Shown one piece after another: positions 23,835-35,314 of a stretch of 64,000 nucleotides of DNA. The notes below the pieces were generated by a model. That model saw only the letters and a program-made list of their open reading frames with translations, made no database searches and had not been told where the DNA came from. This DNA is from Eledone cirrhosa. Taxonomy: Eukaryota. The number at the start of each line of letters is the position of its first letter. Position 1 is the first letter of the stretch. The stretch lies in contig OZ024742.1 of NCBI GenBank assembly GCA_964016885.1, positions 328,042,001 through 328,106,000 on the forward strand. Direction: 5' to 3'. The position numbers were made by a program, and so were the translations under genes.

Positions 23835-25762
23835 ATGGCGGAGCCACGCCCCCTAGAGGCGGGTCTGCTGTCGTGCAACGGCGACTTGAGCGTTGAGAGG
23901 AGAGGTGGGGCGAGGAGCGCCACCAGCACGAGTGTGAGCAGCGACAGTGCCAGCACCAACGGGCCGAGCGGCGCGGAAGGTGGTAACAGCGACAACACCA
24001 ACACCAACAAGCCGAACAGCGCAGAAGGTGGTAATAGCGAGAGCACCAATAAAACGAACAGCACAGAGAGTAATAGTAGCGACAGCAGCAGCACCAACAA
24101 GGCCAACAGCACAGAGGGTAACCACGACACAGGGGAGAACAACAACAGCAATAGCAGCAGCAACACCAACAAGAACAACAACAGTGACAACACCAACAAG
24201 AACACCTTCGCTGCTGTGGCAGCGGCTAAAAGGAGACCATGCTACAGCATCGACTTAACCAACAGAGAGGAAAAGTTGGCCCAGGCCTGGAAAATCATAA
24301 ATCAAGAGCAGACCTGGGCAGAGAGCAGACCTGGGCAAACTTAACTGTCCCGGCAGAAGCCATTGAGGCAGTGGAAAAAAGAACGGTGCATTTCAGATGC
24401 ATCTCAGTAGAGACAAAGAGGGCAGCGATAATCGCCCAAGCTGACATAGAAGCCGCACTGAAATACATCAGAGAGGACACAGACTTCATAGAGAGGGGCA
24501 GGCAATACGGCACCGTTTCGGTGCTGTTCAAGTCTGAAGCCCTCGCTGTGAAGCATTCAATGACCCCTTGCAAAACCAGCAAGGTCATAATGTACCCCTC
24601 CCACATGGGAAAACGAATAGCACGTGTGCGCATTCCCAGGATTCCACCAGGACTTGATATGTGGTGGCTCCTGGGTTGCGTAATCGTGGAAGGAACGGAT
24701 ACAGTCCCGGTAGAGGCAACGAGAACTGCCAGGGACGACTGGTCCGGGGTTGATCTGGAGATACTGCTCCAAATCAGACCCGAAAACGTGAAAGCAATCC
24801 CGGACCACATCCGCCTCCAAAACGGGAGGGTGTTGCATATAATGACTGAGGGCAAAAGGCCGCATTGTTTCCTTTGTGGGGAAACGACACACTTGCGAGC
24901 CTTCTGCCCTCAACTGCCGAAAAGCGCAAGGGGTCGAAAGATTCCACTGCTGGCGACGCCGGGACAAGGACCACCAGCAACACCGTCAACAATGGAACCA
25001 CCAAAATTGCACACCCAGGGGGGAAACGAGGAAAGCTCTCCCATTCCCCCTCCCCCCAAAAATACACACACGAAGAAGAACATAAACACTCACTCAGACA
25101 CAAACACGCTCACAGCCACAGACCCCTCATCCTCCAGCAGTGAAGATGAGGGAAAACCAAAGTCCCCCAAAATACAAAAAACAAAACACAAAAAAAAAAG
25201 AAATCCACAAAGCACAAACACCCCCACAAAAGAAAATACACACACCACCCACACAAACATTTTCCCCACAGCATCACCAACACAACCACCAAAATCCCCC
25301 AAACGCAAACAAGCTAAACAGACACAAGAACAAATAGACACACAAACATCAGAAACTACAGACACCCCACCCACAACAAACGCAGACACAATAGAAACAA
25401 CACTAACAAAGCTATCACCACCACAATCACACGAACAAATAAAACCCGAGCAACAAAACATTAAAAACTTCGTGCTTGCCAGAAGGGCCAACAAGGAATT
25501 GATGGCCCATGTAGCACGAAGCACAAACATCGAAAAAGACGGGGAAACATTTGAAGCGAGCACATTTCGCGTACCAGATAATTTGCTTCTGATGCGAATG
25601 TCGCTCGCTTCATACAAAGAAATTCGAAAGAGCTTTCCTCGGGATGTGGGAACCCCGAACGTAAAACCCACGTCAAGACTATTAAAGGGGTTCCCAAAAG
25701 AAACCCCACAAACCATGGAGGTCGAACCACCCGACCTTCACAAGACCCCGGAAGGTAAGTAA
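23835..25762 (+). pseudogene. ORF1 (Ser/Asn-rich N-terminus, CCHC knuckle, Thr/Pro/Lys-rich linker) with one frameshift
   Basis: CFLCGETTHLRAFC; a 17-nt duplication-insertion at 24321-24337, absent from copy b, shifts the frame. Confidence 0.88.
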
Positions 25763-25791
25763 ACCTTTCCTCTCCCATTCATCCTGCCAGC

Positions 25792-28700
25792 ATGGCCATA
25801 AGAGTAGGAAGTTTAAATGTTCGTGGCCTGGGGTCGCCCTGGAAGCAAGGTCACTTGCTCAACGACCTCAGGTCACTAGGAATGGATGTAATTGCCATCA
25901 GCGAGACCAGAATTTCCGACACACGCGCACTGGCGCCGATTTTCGACGATTATCAGATCTTTGCATCTGTTAGTCGGCCGGGAATGGGAGGTGGAGTGGC
26001 TGTGCTGTTTAGGAAATGTCTGGATCTCGAGGTAAGGTCAATCTTCCGGGATCCTGACGGAAAGTTGGTGGTCCTGGACGTGAGCAATAGCGAAGGTGGT
26101 GCCTTTAGACTGGTGGCCGTCTACGCCCCTACTGGGGCCGGTCGGCCGGACTTCTTTAGGCGCCTGGAAAACTTTCTGCTTACGTCTCGCCCTTTACTGT
26201 TAATAGGGGATTGGAATGGCATCTTAGAAGCACGCTGGGATTGTGTGGGAGTATCTGATAGGAGCGGGGGGTGCAAAAGCCTCAAGTACCTGATCAGCCA
26301 GTTTCAACTGTCTGACAGGTACCGACTAGATTTCCCTAATGCGCCAGTATGGACCTGGACCAATCGCATAGGGTCATCTAGATCGTACATAGATAGGATT
26401 TTCATTAGGAAAAGAGATAGAAATAGTGTAGGATGTCCACATTTTAAAACGGTTGCCTATTCAGATCACAAGCTTGTGATCTGTATGGTCGACCTAGATA
26501 AGACACGTAGGTTAGGACCTAGCTACTGGAAGCTAAACATGTCGTTTCCGGCACGTAAAGCTTACAGGGACCGGGTCAACAACTTAGTTAAGCAAAAGTT
26601 GACAGGGGGGGTTGTCAACAACAGGTGGTGGGGGGCACTCAAAAGAGAGATTAGAGCAACCTCGATAGGATTTAGCAAAGAAGTAGCAATAGAGAAAAAT
26701 AGAAAGGAGGAGGGGCTGATAGCTAAGTTAGACGAGGCTATTTGTAGTGGCATTGCAACAGACGTGCTAGCGGCGAGAATGGCACTAGACCATTTCTTCA
26801 ATGCGAAACACGAAGGTTGCATTGTCAGAGCTAAGGCGCGTGCTCTGAGGAACGAGGGAACCAAAGCTGCCCGATGGGCTCGCTTTGCAGAGACGCAGCG
26901 TGGAAATAAAACCACAATTCGGTCTTTGACGGATCGAGATGGACACGAACTGAGCGATTCCAAGCGGATGTGTGAGGCCTTTCGCCAGCACTTTGCTCGA
27001 TTGTTCGGGAGGATGGGTGAGTCGGAGACGGCGGCGGACTTCAGTCCCTACCTCGACGGCTTGCCACGCCTCTCGACGGCCGACGCTGGGCGCTGCGAAG
27101 AGCCGATAACATCAGCCGAAATTCAGGACGCCCTTGTCGGCTGCTCGAGTCGCAAGTCACCCGGTTTGGATGGTCTGCCCTACGAGCTTTACGTAAATAT
27201 GCCAGACTTGTTCTCCGATCTCCTCGAAGCGCTCTACTGCAACTGGCAGCAGAACGGGAGCATTCCCAGTTCTGTGAGCCGTGGCGTAGTGACGCTGATA
27301 AGGAAAGACGAGAACAAGAGGGACACACTAGATAATTTCAGGCCCATAACCCTGCTCAACACAGAGTTTAAGATTTTGGCCAAGGTGTTAGCGAAAAGGT
27401 TGGCGCTTGTCGTCAAAGATTTGGTTGGGGAGGCGCAAACTTGCGCAATCCCGACCAGGTCCATACACGACAACCTCCACCTCATGCGATACATCATAGA
27501 GAGGGTTGGGTGCAAACCTGGCTTCGGTGGGGCTCTGATCAATTTAGATCAATCGAAAGCATTCGATAGGGTCGACCATCGGTACTTGGAGGCTGTCCTC
27601 GAGGCGGCTGGCTTCGGCCCCGTCTTCAGAAGCTGGATCGCTGCAATGTACAGCGGCATCCGCTCGGTGGTCAAAGTTAATGGCCACCTCTCGGAACCGT
27701 TTCAGATCTCTCGATCGGTCCGTCAAGGGTGCCCTCTCTCCTCACTTCTGTACGTATTGACTCTTGAGCCTCTACTGCGGAAGCTGGAGTTGTTGCAGGG
27801 CATCCCGCTCGAACCGGGACGTAGAAAGGCTGCGTCCGCTTATGCGGACGACATCACCGTGATGGTGTCGGACACCTCGGAAATCGAGGTGATCCGCACC
27901 CATTTGGAGGAATATGAAAGGTTGACGGGAGCAAAACTTAACCCGGAAAAGTCGGTGGGCTTGCAGCTCGGCACCTGGAGAGGCAAGTCCATGCCGTCCA
28001 ACAGCGTCGTTGGGCGCTGGACAGACGGACCGGTAAAGTTGCTCGGGGTTTGGTTCGGACCAGACCTCCAGGTGGATAAGAATTGGGACGAGGTGACGAG
28101 CAGGATAGCCAACCTCACCCAGAAATGGGCGGAGAGAAAGCTATCACTGAAAGGGCGGGCGGAGGTGGCGAACGCGTACATCGCGTCCGTCATCTACTAC
28201 CGCCTGACCGTCGTGCCTTGCCCCCGTCCACGCCTCGCCAATTTGGAACGGCTCCTTTTCAAATTTTTGTGGAGGGGACGGGTCCCGTTGGTGAGGCGGT
28301 CCATCTGCTGCCAGCACCCTCTTCGTGGAGGGCTGGGCATGCCGTGGCTAATGATGCGCAGACATGCGCTGAGGCTGCGGCATCTCCAGATATTTTGCCT
28401 AAACGGTGAACAGGTGTGGTCGCCGTTTGTTAGACGGGCCTTTCCGCAGCTCATCTCTTTGACTGAGCTGCAGTCCTGGGTCAAGAAGAGACCGAGACTG
28501 GGCGACTGGCATCTGGAATGTTGCCAGGCGCTCACTGCACTCTGCAAGGTGGGCAATGCGGTCAGTGGAACTTCCACTCAAGATTTCTATAGAGGATTAG
28601 TGGAGGGCAAGTGCGATGACGTACTAGGAGAGGCTCTGGGCGTCAACGAAGTAGAACTGACCAGTATGTTCCGGAGGACTTTCGAGCCGGGGACGATGGA

Positions 28701-29211
28701 TAACTTCCAGAAATCCCTCGCTTGGCAGTGCTACCGGGGGGCGCTGCCGGTTCGGGATAAACTCTACAGGCACGGAAGTGCTGTCAGACGAACCTGCCCG
28801 AGATGCGCGCAGAGCGACGAAACCGTTCTGCACGCACTCGTCCAGTGTCCGTGCATTGCTGACTTGTGGGGTTATGTCGAACAGCTATTGTCGCGTGTAG
28901 AACGGATCCGGCTATCGTCCGAGTCCATAGTGAAGATTGACCCGCCGCCTTCTTTTGGTCAGGAAGGGCAGGCAATTTTCCTCTGCCTGGTGGCAGTAGC
29001 GAAAGAGGTTGCATGGTGGACCAGGTTGAAAGGACTGAAGACAGACACTTTTCTCTTCGGCCAATCCCTCATCAACTTCTTCAAGTTTCACTTGGAAAGG
29101 AAGGTGAGGGTGGAGAGAGAAGTGCTGCCCCCCAGTACATTTACTGAAAGGTGGGTGAATGTGGCGAGAATGGCCCGCGTGAGTGGGCCTACTCTGATCA
29201 TGCGCCTGTAG
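25792..29211 (+). CDS. Intact ORF2: APE endonuclease, reverse transcriptase, C-terminal Zn finger (1139 aa)
   Basis: GSLNVRGL, ISET, VYAP, GDWNG, SYIDR, SDH; KSPGLDG, FRPITLLN, LDQSKAFDRVDH, RQGCPLS, YADD; CPRC...HALVQC. Confidence 0.97.
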   Translation: MAIRVGSLNVRGLGSPWKQGHLLNDLRSLGMDVIAISETRISDTRALAPIFDDYQIFASVSRPGMGGGVAVLFRKCLDLEVRSIFRDPDGKLVVLDVSNSEGGAFRLVAVYAPTGAGRPDFFRRLENFLLTSRPLLLIGDWNGILEARWDCVGVSDRSGGCKSLKYLISQFQLSDRYRLDFPNAPVWTWTNRIGSSRSYIDRIFIRKRDRNSVGCPHFKTVAYSDHKLVICMVDLDKTRRLGPSYWKLNMSFPARKAYRDRVNNLVKQKLTGGVVNNRWWGALKREIRATSIGFSKEVAIEKNRKEEGLIAKLDEAICSGIATDVLAARMALDHFFNAKHEGCIVRAKARALRNEGTKAARWARFAETQRGNKTTIRSLTDRDGHELSDSKRMCEAFRQHFARLFGRMGESETAADFSPYLDGLPRLSTADAGRCEEPITSAEIQDALVGCSSRKSPGLDGLPYELYVNMPDLFSDLLEALYCNWQQNGSIPSSVSRGVVTLIRKDENKRDTLDNFRPITLLNTEFKILAKVLAKRLALVVKDLVGEAQTCAIPTRSIHDNLHLMRYIIERVGCKPGFGGALINLDQSKAFDRVDHRYLEAVLEAAGFGPVFRSWIAAMYSGIRSVVKVNGHLSEPFQISRSVRQGCPLSSLLYVLTLEPLLRKLELLQGIPLEPGRRKAASAYADDITVMVSDTSEIEVIRTHLEEYERLTGAKLNPEKSVGLQLGTWRGKSMPSNSVVGRWTDGPVKLLGVWFGPDLQVDKNWDEVTSRIANLTQKWAERKLSLKGRAEVANAYIASVIYYRLTVVPCPRPRLANLERLLFKFLWRGRVPLVRRSICCQHPLRGGLGMPWLMMRRHALRLRHLQIFCLNGEQVWSPFVRRAFPQLISLTELQSWVKKRPRLGDWHLECCQALTALCKVGNAVSGTSTQDFYRGLVEGKCDDVLGEALGVNEVELTSMFRRTFEPGTMDNFQKSLAWQCYRGALPVRDKLYRHGSAVRRTCPRCAQSDETVLHALVQCPCIADLWGYVEQLLSRVERIRLSSESIVKIDPPPSFGQEGQAIFLCLVAVAKEVAWWTRLKGLKTDTFLFGQSLINFFKFHLERKVRVEREVLPPSTFTERWVNVARMARVSGPTLIMRL

Positions 29212-29699
29212 GCTGGTGAATTCGAGAAGGAGAGGGGTGCCCTTCCCGGGTGCCCTAGGAGCGTCGGGTGGCTCAGGACTGGTGGGGTGCTTGAGTCAAC
29301 CCTGGGTGGTGATCCCTCTTATTGGGGAACTTTCATTGTTGTACTTTTATTGTTATTTTGTTTTTGTTTTTTTGTTATTTATACTTACTCGATCTCTATG
29401 TAAACCCCCACTGTCCCTGTCTATTGTGTTGTCCCCTATATGTCGGCCCTTGTGGCCAATAAATGAAATCATTATTATTATTATTATTGACGAAAGTGGA
29501 TGTACGTTTTTTGAAGCTCCGTGAGTAAGCAATTTTTTGAGGATTAATTGTGGAGAATTGTTTATTTTGTTGTACCGCTGAAGCATTATAAGACATTCAT
29601 TTGTATCCTGTGAAGGAATAACTCATAATATTTGGGCCTTTTGGCCTAAATATTTGAACTTTATTTTGGAAAAATAATAATTTTTTTTCTCAAAAAAAC

Positions 29700-31596
29700 A
29701 TGGCGGAGCCACGCCCCCTAGAGGCGGGTCTGCTGTCGTGCAACGGCGACTTGAGCGTTGAGAGGAGAGGTGGGGCGAGGAGCGCCACCAGCACGAGTGT
29801 GAGCAGCGACAGTGCCAGCACCAACGGGCCGAGCGGCGCGGAAGGTGGTAACAGCGACAACACCAACACCAACAAGCCGAACAGCGCAGAAGGTGGTAAT
29901 AGCGAGAGCACCAATAAAACGAACAGCACAGAGAGTAATAGTAGCGACAGCAGCAGCACCAACAAGGCCAACAGCGACACAGGGGAGAACAACAACAGCA
30001 ATAGCAGCAGCAACACCAACAAGAACAACAACAGTGACAACACTAACAAGAACACCTTCGCTGCTGTGGCAGCGGCTAAAAGGAGACCATGCTACAGCAT
30101 CGACTTAACCAACAGAGAGGAAAAGTTGGCCCAGGCCTGGAAAATCATAAATCAAGAGCAGACCTGGGCAAACTTAACTGTCCCGGCAGAAGCCATTGAG
30201 GCAGTGGAAAAAAGAACGGTGCATTTCAGATGCATCTCAGTAGAGACAAAGAGGGCAGCGATAATCGCCCAAGCTGATATAGAAGCCGCACTGAAACACA
30301 TCAGAGAGGACACAGACTTCATAGAGAGGGGCAGGCAATACGGCACCGTTTCGGTGCTGTTCAAGTCTGAAGCCCTCGCTGTGAAGCATTCAATGACCCC
30401 TTGCAAAACCAGCAAGGTCATAATGTACCCCTCCCACATGGGAAAACGAATAGCACGTGTGCGCATTCCCAGGATTCCACCAGGACTTGATATGTGGTGG
30501 CTCCTGGGTTGCGTAATCGTGGAAGGAACGGATACAGTCCCGGTAGAGGCAACGAGAACTGCCAGGGACGACTGGTCCGGGGTTGATCTGGAGATACTGC
30601 TCCAAATCAGACCCGAAAACGTAAAAGCAATCCCGGACCACATCCGCCTCCAAAACGGGAGGGTGTTGCATATAATGACTGAGGGCAAAAGGCCGCATTG
30701 TTTCCTTTGTGGGGAAACGACACACTTGCGAGCCTTCTGCCCTCAACTGCCGAAAAGCGCAAGGGGTCGAAAGATTCCACTGCTGGCGACGCCGGGACAA
30801 GGACCACCAGCAACACCGTCAACAATGGAACCACCAAAATTGCACACCCAGGGGCGAAACGAGGAAAGCTCTCCCATTCTCCCTCCCCCCCAAAATACAC
30901 ACACGAACAAGAACATAAACACTCACTCAGACACAAACACGCTCACAGCCACAGACCCCTCATCCTCCAGCAGCGAAGATGAGGGAAAACCAAAGTCCCC
31001 CAAAATACAAAAAACAAAACACAAAAAAAAAAAGAAATCCACAAAGCACAAACACCCCCACAAAAAAAAATACACACACCACCCACACAAACATTTTCCC
31101 CACAGCATCACCAACACAACCACCAAAATCCCCCAAACGCAAACAAGCTAAACAGACACAAGAACAAATAGACACACAAACATCAGAAACTACAGACACC
31201 CCACCCACAACAAACGCAGACACAATAGAAACAACACTAACAAAGCTATCACCACCACAATCACACGAACAAATAAAACCCGAGCAACAAAACATTAAAA
31301 ACTTCGTGCTTGCCAGAAGGGCCAACAAGGAATTGATGGCCCATGTAGCACGAAGCACAAACATCGAAAAAGACGGGGAAACATTTGAAGCGAGCACATT
31401 TCGCGTACCAGATAATTTGCTTCTGATGCGAATGTCGCTCGCTTCATACAAAGAAATTCGAAAGAGCTTTCCTCGGGATGTGGGAACCCCGAACGTAAAA
31501 CCCACGTCAAGACTATTAAAGGGGTTCCCAAAAGAAACCCCACAAACCATGGAGGTCGAACCACCCGACCTTCACAAGATCTCGGAAGGTAAGTAA
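29700..31596 (+). pseudogene. ORF1 copy b; a single +1 A in a homopolymer at ~31023-31033
   Basis: A11 here versus A10 in copy a; otherwise open, so this could be an assembly error. Confidence 0.85.
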
Positions 31597-31625
31597 ACCT
31601 TTCCTCTCCCATTCATCCTGCCAGC

Positions 31626-34600
31626 ATGGCCATAAGAGTAGGAAGTTTAAATGTTCGTGGCCTGGGGTCGCCCTGGAAGCAAGGTCACTTGCTCAACGAC
31701 CTCAGGTCACTAGGAATGGATGTAATTGCCATCAGCGAGACCAGAATTTCCGACACACGCGCACTGGCGCCGATTTTCGACGATTATCAGATCTTTGCAT
31801 CTGTTAGTCGGCCGGGAATGGGAGGTGGAGTGGCTGTGCTGTTTAGGAAATGTCTGGATCTCGAGGTAAGGTCAATCTTCCGGGATCCTGACGGAAAGTT
31901 GGTGGTCCTGGACGTGAGCAATAGCGAAGGTGGTGCCTTTAGACTGGTGGCCGTCTACGCCCTTACTGGGGCCGGTCGGCCGGACTTCTTTAGGCGCCTG
32001 GAAAACTTTCTGCTTACGTCTCGCCCTTTACTGTTAATAGGGGATTAGAATGGCATCTTAGAAGCACGCTGGGATTGTGTGGGAGTATCTGATAGGAGCG
32101 GGGGGTGCAAAAGCCTCAAGTACCTGATCAGCCAGTTTCAACTGTCTGACAGGTACCGACTAGATTTCCCTAATGCGCCAGTATGGACCTGGACCAATCG
32201 CATAGGGTCATCTAGATCGTACATAGATAGGATTTTCATTAGGAAAAGAGATAGAAATAGTGTAGGATGTCCACATTTTAAAACGGTTGCCTATTCAGAT
32301 CACAAGCTTGTGATCTGTATGGTCGACCTAGATAAGACACGTAGGTTAGGACCTAGCTACTGGAAGCTAAACATGTCGTTTCCGGCACGTAAAGCTTACA
32401 GGGACCGGGTCAACAACTTAGTTAAGCAAAAGTTGACAGGGGGGGGTTGTCAACAACAGGTGGTGGGGGGCTCTCAAAAGAGAGATTAGAGCAACCTCGA
32501 TAGGATTTAGCAAAGAAGTAGCAATAGAGAAAAATAGAAAGGAGGAGGGGCTGATAGCTAAGTTAGACGAGGCTATTTGTAGTGGCATTGCAACAGACGT
32601 GCTAGCGGCGAGAATGGCACTAGACCATTTCTTCAATGCGAAATACGAAGGTTGCATTGTCAGAGCTAAGGCGCGTGCTCTGAGGAACGAGGGAACCAAA
32701 GCTGCCCGATGGGCTCGCTTTGCAGAGACGCAGCGTGGAAATAAAACCACAATTCGGTCTTTGACGGATCGAGATGGACACGAACTGAGCGATTCCAAGC
32801 AGATGTGTGAGGCCTTTCGCCAGCACTTTGCTCGATTTTTCGGGAGGATGGGTGAGTCGGAGACGGCGGCGGACTACAGTCCCTACCTCGACGGCTTGCC
32901 ACGCCTCTCGACGGCCGACGCTGAGCGCTGCGAAGAGCCGATAACATCAGTCGAAATTCAGGACGCCCTTGTCGGCTGCTCGAGTCGCAAGTCACCCGGT
33001 TTGGATGGTCTGCCCTACGAGCTTTACGTAAATATGCCAGACTTGTTCTCCGATCTCCTCGAAGCGCTCTACTGCAACTGGCAGCAGAACGGGAGCATTC
33101 CCAGTTCTGTGAGCCGTGGCGTAGTGACGCTGATAAGGAAAGACGAGAACAAGAGGGACACACTAGATAATTTCAGGCCCATAACCCTGCTCAACACAGA
33201 GTTTAAGATTTTGGCCAAGGTGTTAGCGAAAAGGCTGGCGCTTGTCGTCAAAGATTTGGTTGGGGAGGCGCTAACTTCCGCAATCCCGACCAGGTCCATA
33301 CACGACAACCTCCACCTCATGCGATACATCATAGAGAGGGTTGGGTGCAAACCTGGCTTCGGTGGGGCTCTGATCAATTTAGATCAATCGAAAGCATTCG
33401 ATAGGGTCGACCATCGGTACTTGGAGGCTGTCCTCGAGGCGGCTGGCTTCGGCCCCGTCTTCAGAAGCTGGATCGCTGCAATGTACAGCGGCATCTGCTC
33501 GGTGGTCAAAGTTAATGGCCACCTCTCGGAACCGTTTCAGATCTCTCGATCGGTCCGTCAAGGGTGCCCTCTCTCCTCACTTCTGTACGTATTGACTCTT
33601 GAGCCTCTACTGCGGAAGCTGGAGTTGTTGCAGGGCATCCCGCTCGAACCGGGACGTAGAAAGGCCGCGTCCGCTTATGCGGACGACATCACCGTGATGG
33701 TTTCGGACACCTCGGAAATCGAGGTGATCCGCACCCATTTGGAGGAATATGAAAGGTTGACGGGAGCAAAACTTAACCCGGAAAAGTCGGTGGGCTTGCA
33801 GCTCGGCACCTGGAGAGGCAAGTCCATGCCGTCCAACAGCGTCGTTGGGCGCTGGACAGACGGACCGGTAAAGTTGCTCGGGGTTTGTTTCGGACCAGAC
33901 CTCCAGGTCGATAAGAATTGGAACGAGGTGACGAGCAGGATAGCCAACCTCGCCCAGAAATGGGCTGAGAGAAAGCTATCACTGAAAGGGCGGGCGGAGG
34001 TGGCGAACGCGTACATCGCGTCCGTCATCTACTACCGCCTGATCGTCGTGCCTTGCCCCCGTCCACGCCTCGCCAATTTGGAACGGCTCCTTTTCAAATT
34101 TTTGTGGAGGGGACGGGTCCCGTTGGTGAGGCGGTCCATCTGCTGCCAGCACCCTCTTCGTGGAGGGCTGGGCATGCCGTGGCTAATGATGCGCAGACAT
34201 GCGCTGAGGCTGCGACATCTCCAGATATTTTGCCTAAACGGTGAACAGGTGTGGTCGCCGTTTGTTAGACGGGCCTTTCCGTAGCTCATCTCTTTGACTG
34301 AGCTGCAGTCCTGGGTCAAGAAGAGACCGAGACTGGGCGACTGGCATCTGGAATGTTGCCAGGCGCTCACTGCACTCTGCAAGGTGGGCAATGCGGTCAG
34401 TGGAACTTCCACTCAAGATTTCTATAGAGGATTAGTGGAGGGCAAGTGCGATGACGTACTAGGAGAGGCTCTGGGCGTCAACGAAGTAGAACTGACCAGT
34501 ATGTTCCGGAGGACTTTCGAGCCGGGGACGATGGATAACTTCCAGAAATCCCTCGCTTGGCAGTGCTACCGGGGGGCGCTGCCGGTTCGGGATAAACTCT

Positions 34601-35046
34601 ACAGGCACGGAAGTGCTGTCAGACGAACCTGCCCGAGATGCGCGCAGAGCGACGAAACCGTTCTGCACGCACTCGTCCAGTGTCCGTGCATTGCTGACTT
34701 GTGGGGTTATGTCGAACAGCTATTGTCGCGTGTAGAACGGATCCGGCTATCGTCCGAGTCCATAGTGAAGATTGACCCGCCGCCTTCTTTTGGTCAGGAA
34801 GAGCAGGCAATTTTCCTCTGCCTGGTGGCAGTAGCGAAAGAGGTTGCATGGTGGACCAGGTTGAAAGGACTGAAGACGGACACTTTTCTCTTCGGCCAAT
34901 CCCTCATCTACTTCTTCAAGTTTCACTTGGAAAGGAAGGTGAGGGTGGAGAGAGAAGTGCTGCCCCCCAGTACATTTACTGAAAGGTGGGTGAATGTGGC
35001 GAGAATGGCCCGCGTGAGTGGGCCTACTCTGATCATGCGCCTGTAG
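31626..35046 (+). pseudogene. ORF2 copy b, disrupted
   Basis: TGG>TAG at 32046-32048, an extra G in the run at ~32439-32447 and CAG>TAG at 34282-34284 relative to copy a. Confidence 0.92.
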
Positions 35047-35314
35047 GCTGGTGAATTCGAGAAGGAGAGGGGTGCCCTTCCCGGGTGCCCTAGGAGCGTC
35101 GGGTGGCTCAGGACTGGTGGGGTGCTTGAGTCAACCCTGGGTGGTGATCCCTCTTATTGGGGAACTTTCATTGTTGTATTTTTATTGTTATTTTGTTTTT
35201 TGTTATTTATACTTACTCGATCTCTATGTAAACCCCCACTGTCCCTGTCTATTGTGTTGTCCCCTATATGTCGGCCCTTGTGGCCAATAAATGAAATCAT
35301 TATTATTATTACTA

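Larger units (their letters stand above)
23624..29470 (+). mobile_element. Full-length L1/Tx1-clade retrotransposon, family 2 copy a
   Basis: ORF1 plus intact ORF2; (ATT)n on both sides; near-identical to 29489-35298. Confidence 0.95.
29489..35298 (+). mobile_element. Full-length L1/Tx1-clade retrotransposon, family 2 copy b
   Basis: Head-to-tail with copy a, separated by (ATT)6. Confidence 0.95.

Noticed and set aside
25755-25790. Intron fusing ORF1 to ORF2
   Set aside because: Only 36 nt, the join is out of frame with ORF2, and the AG acceptor is absent in family 1
16421-34849. Antisense and alternate-frame ORFs overlapping the Tx1 elements
   Set aside because: Shadow ORFs of GC-rich coding sequence with no recognisable motifs
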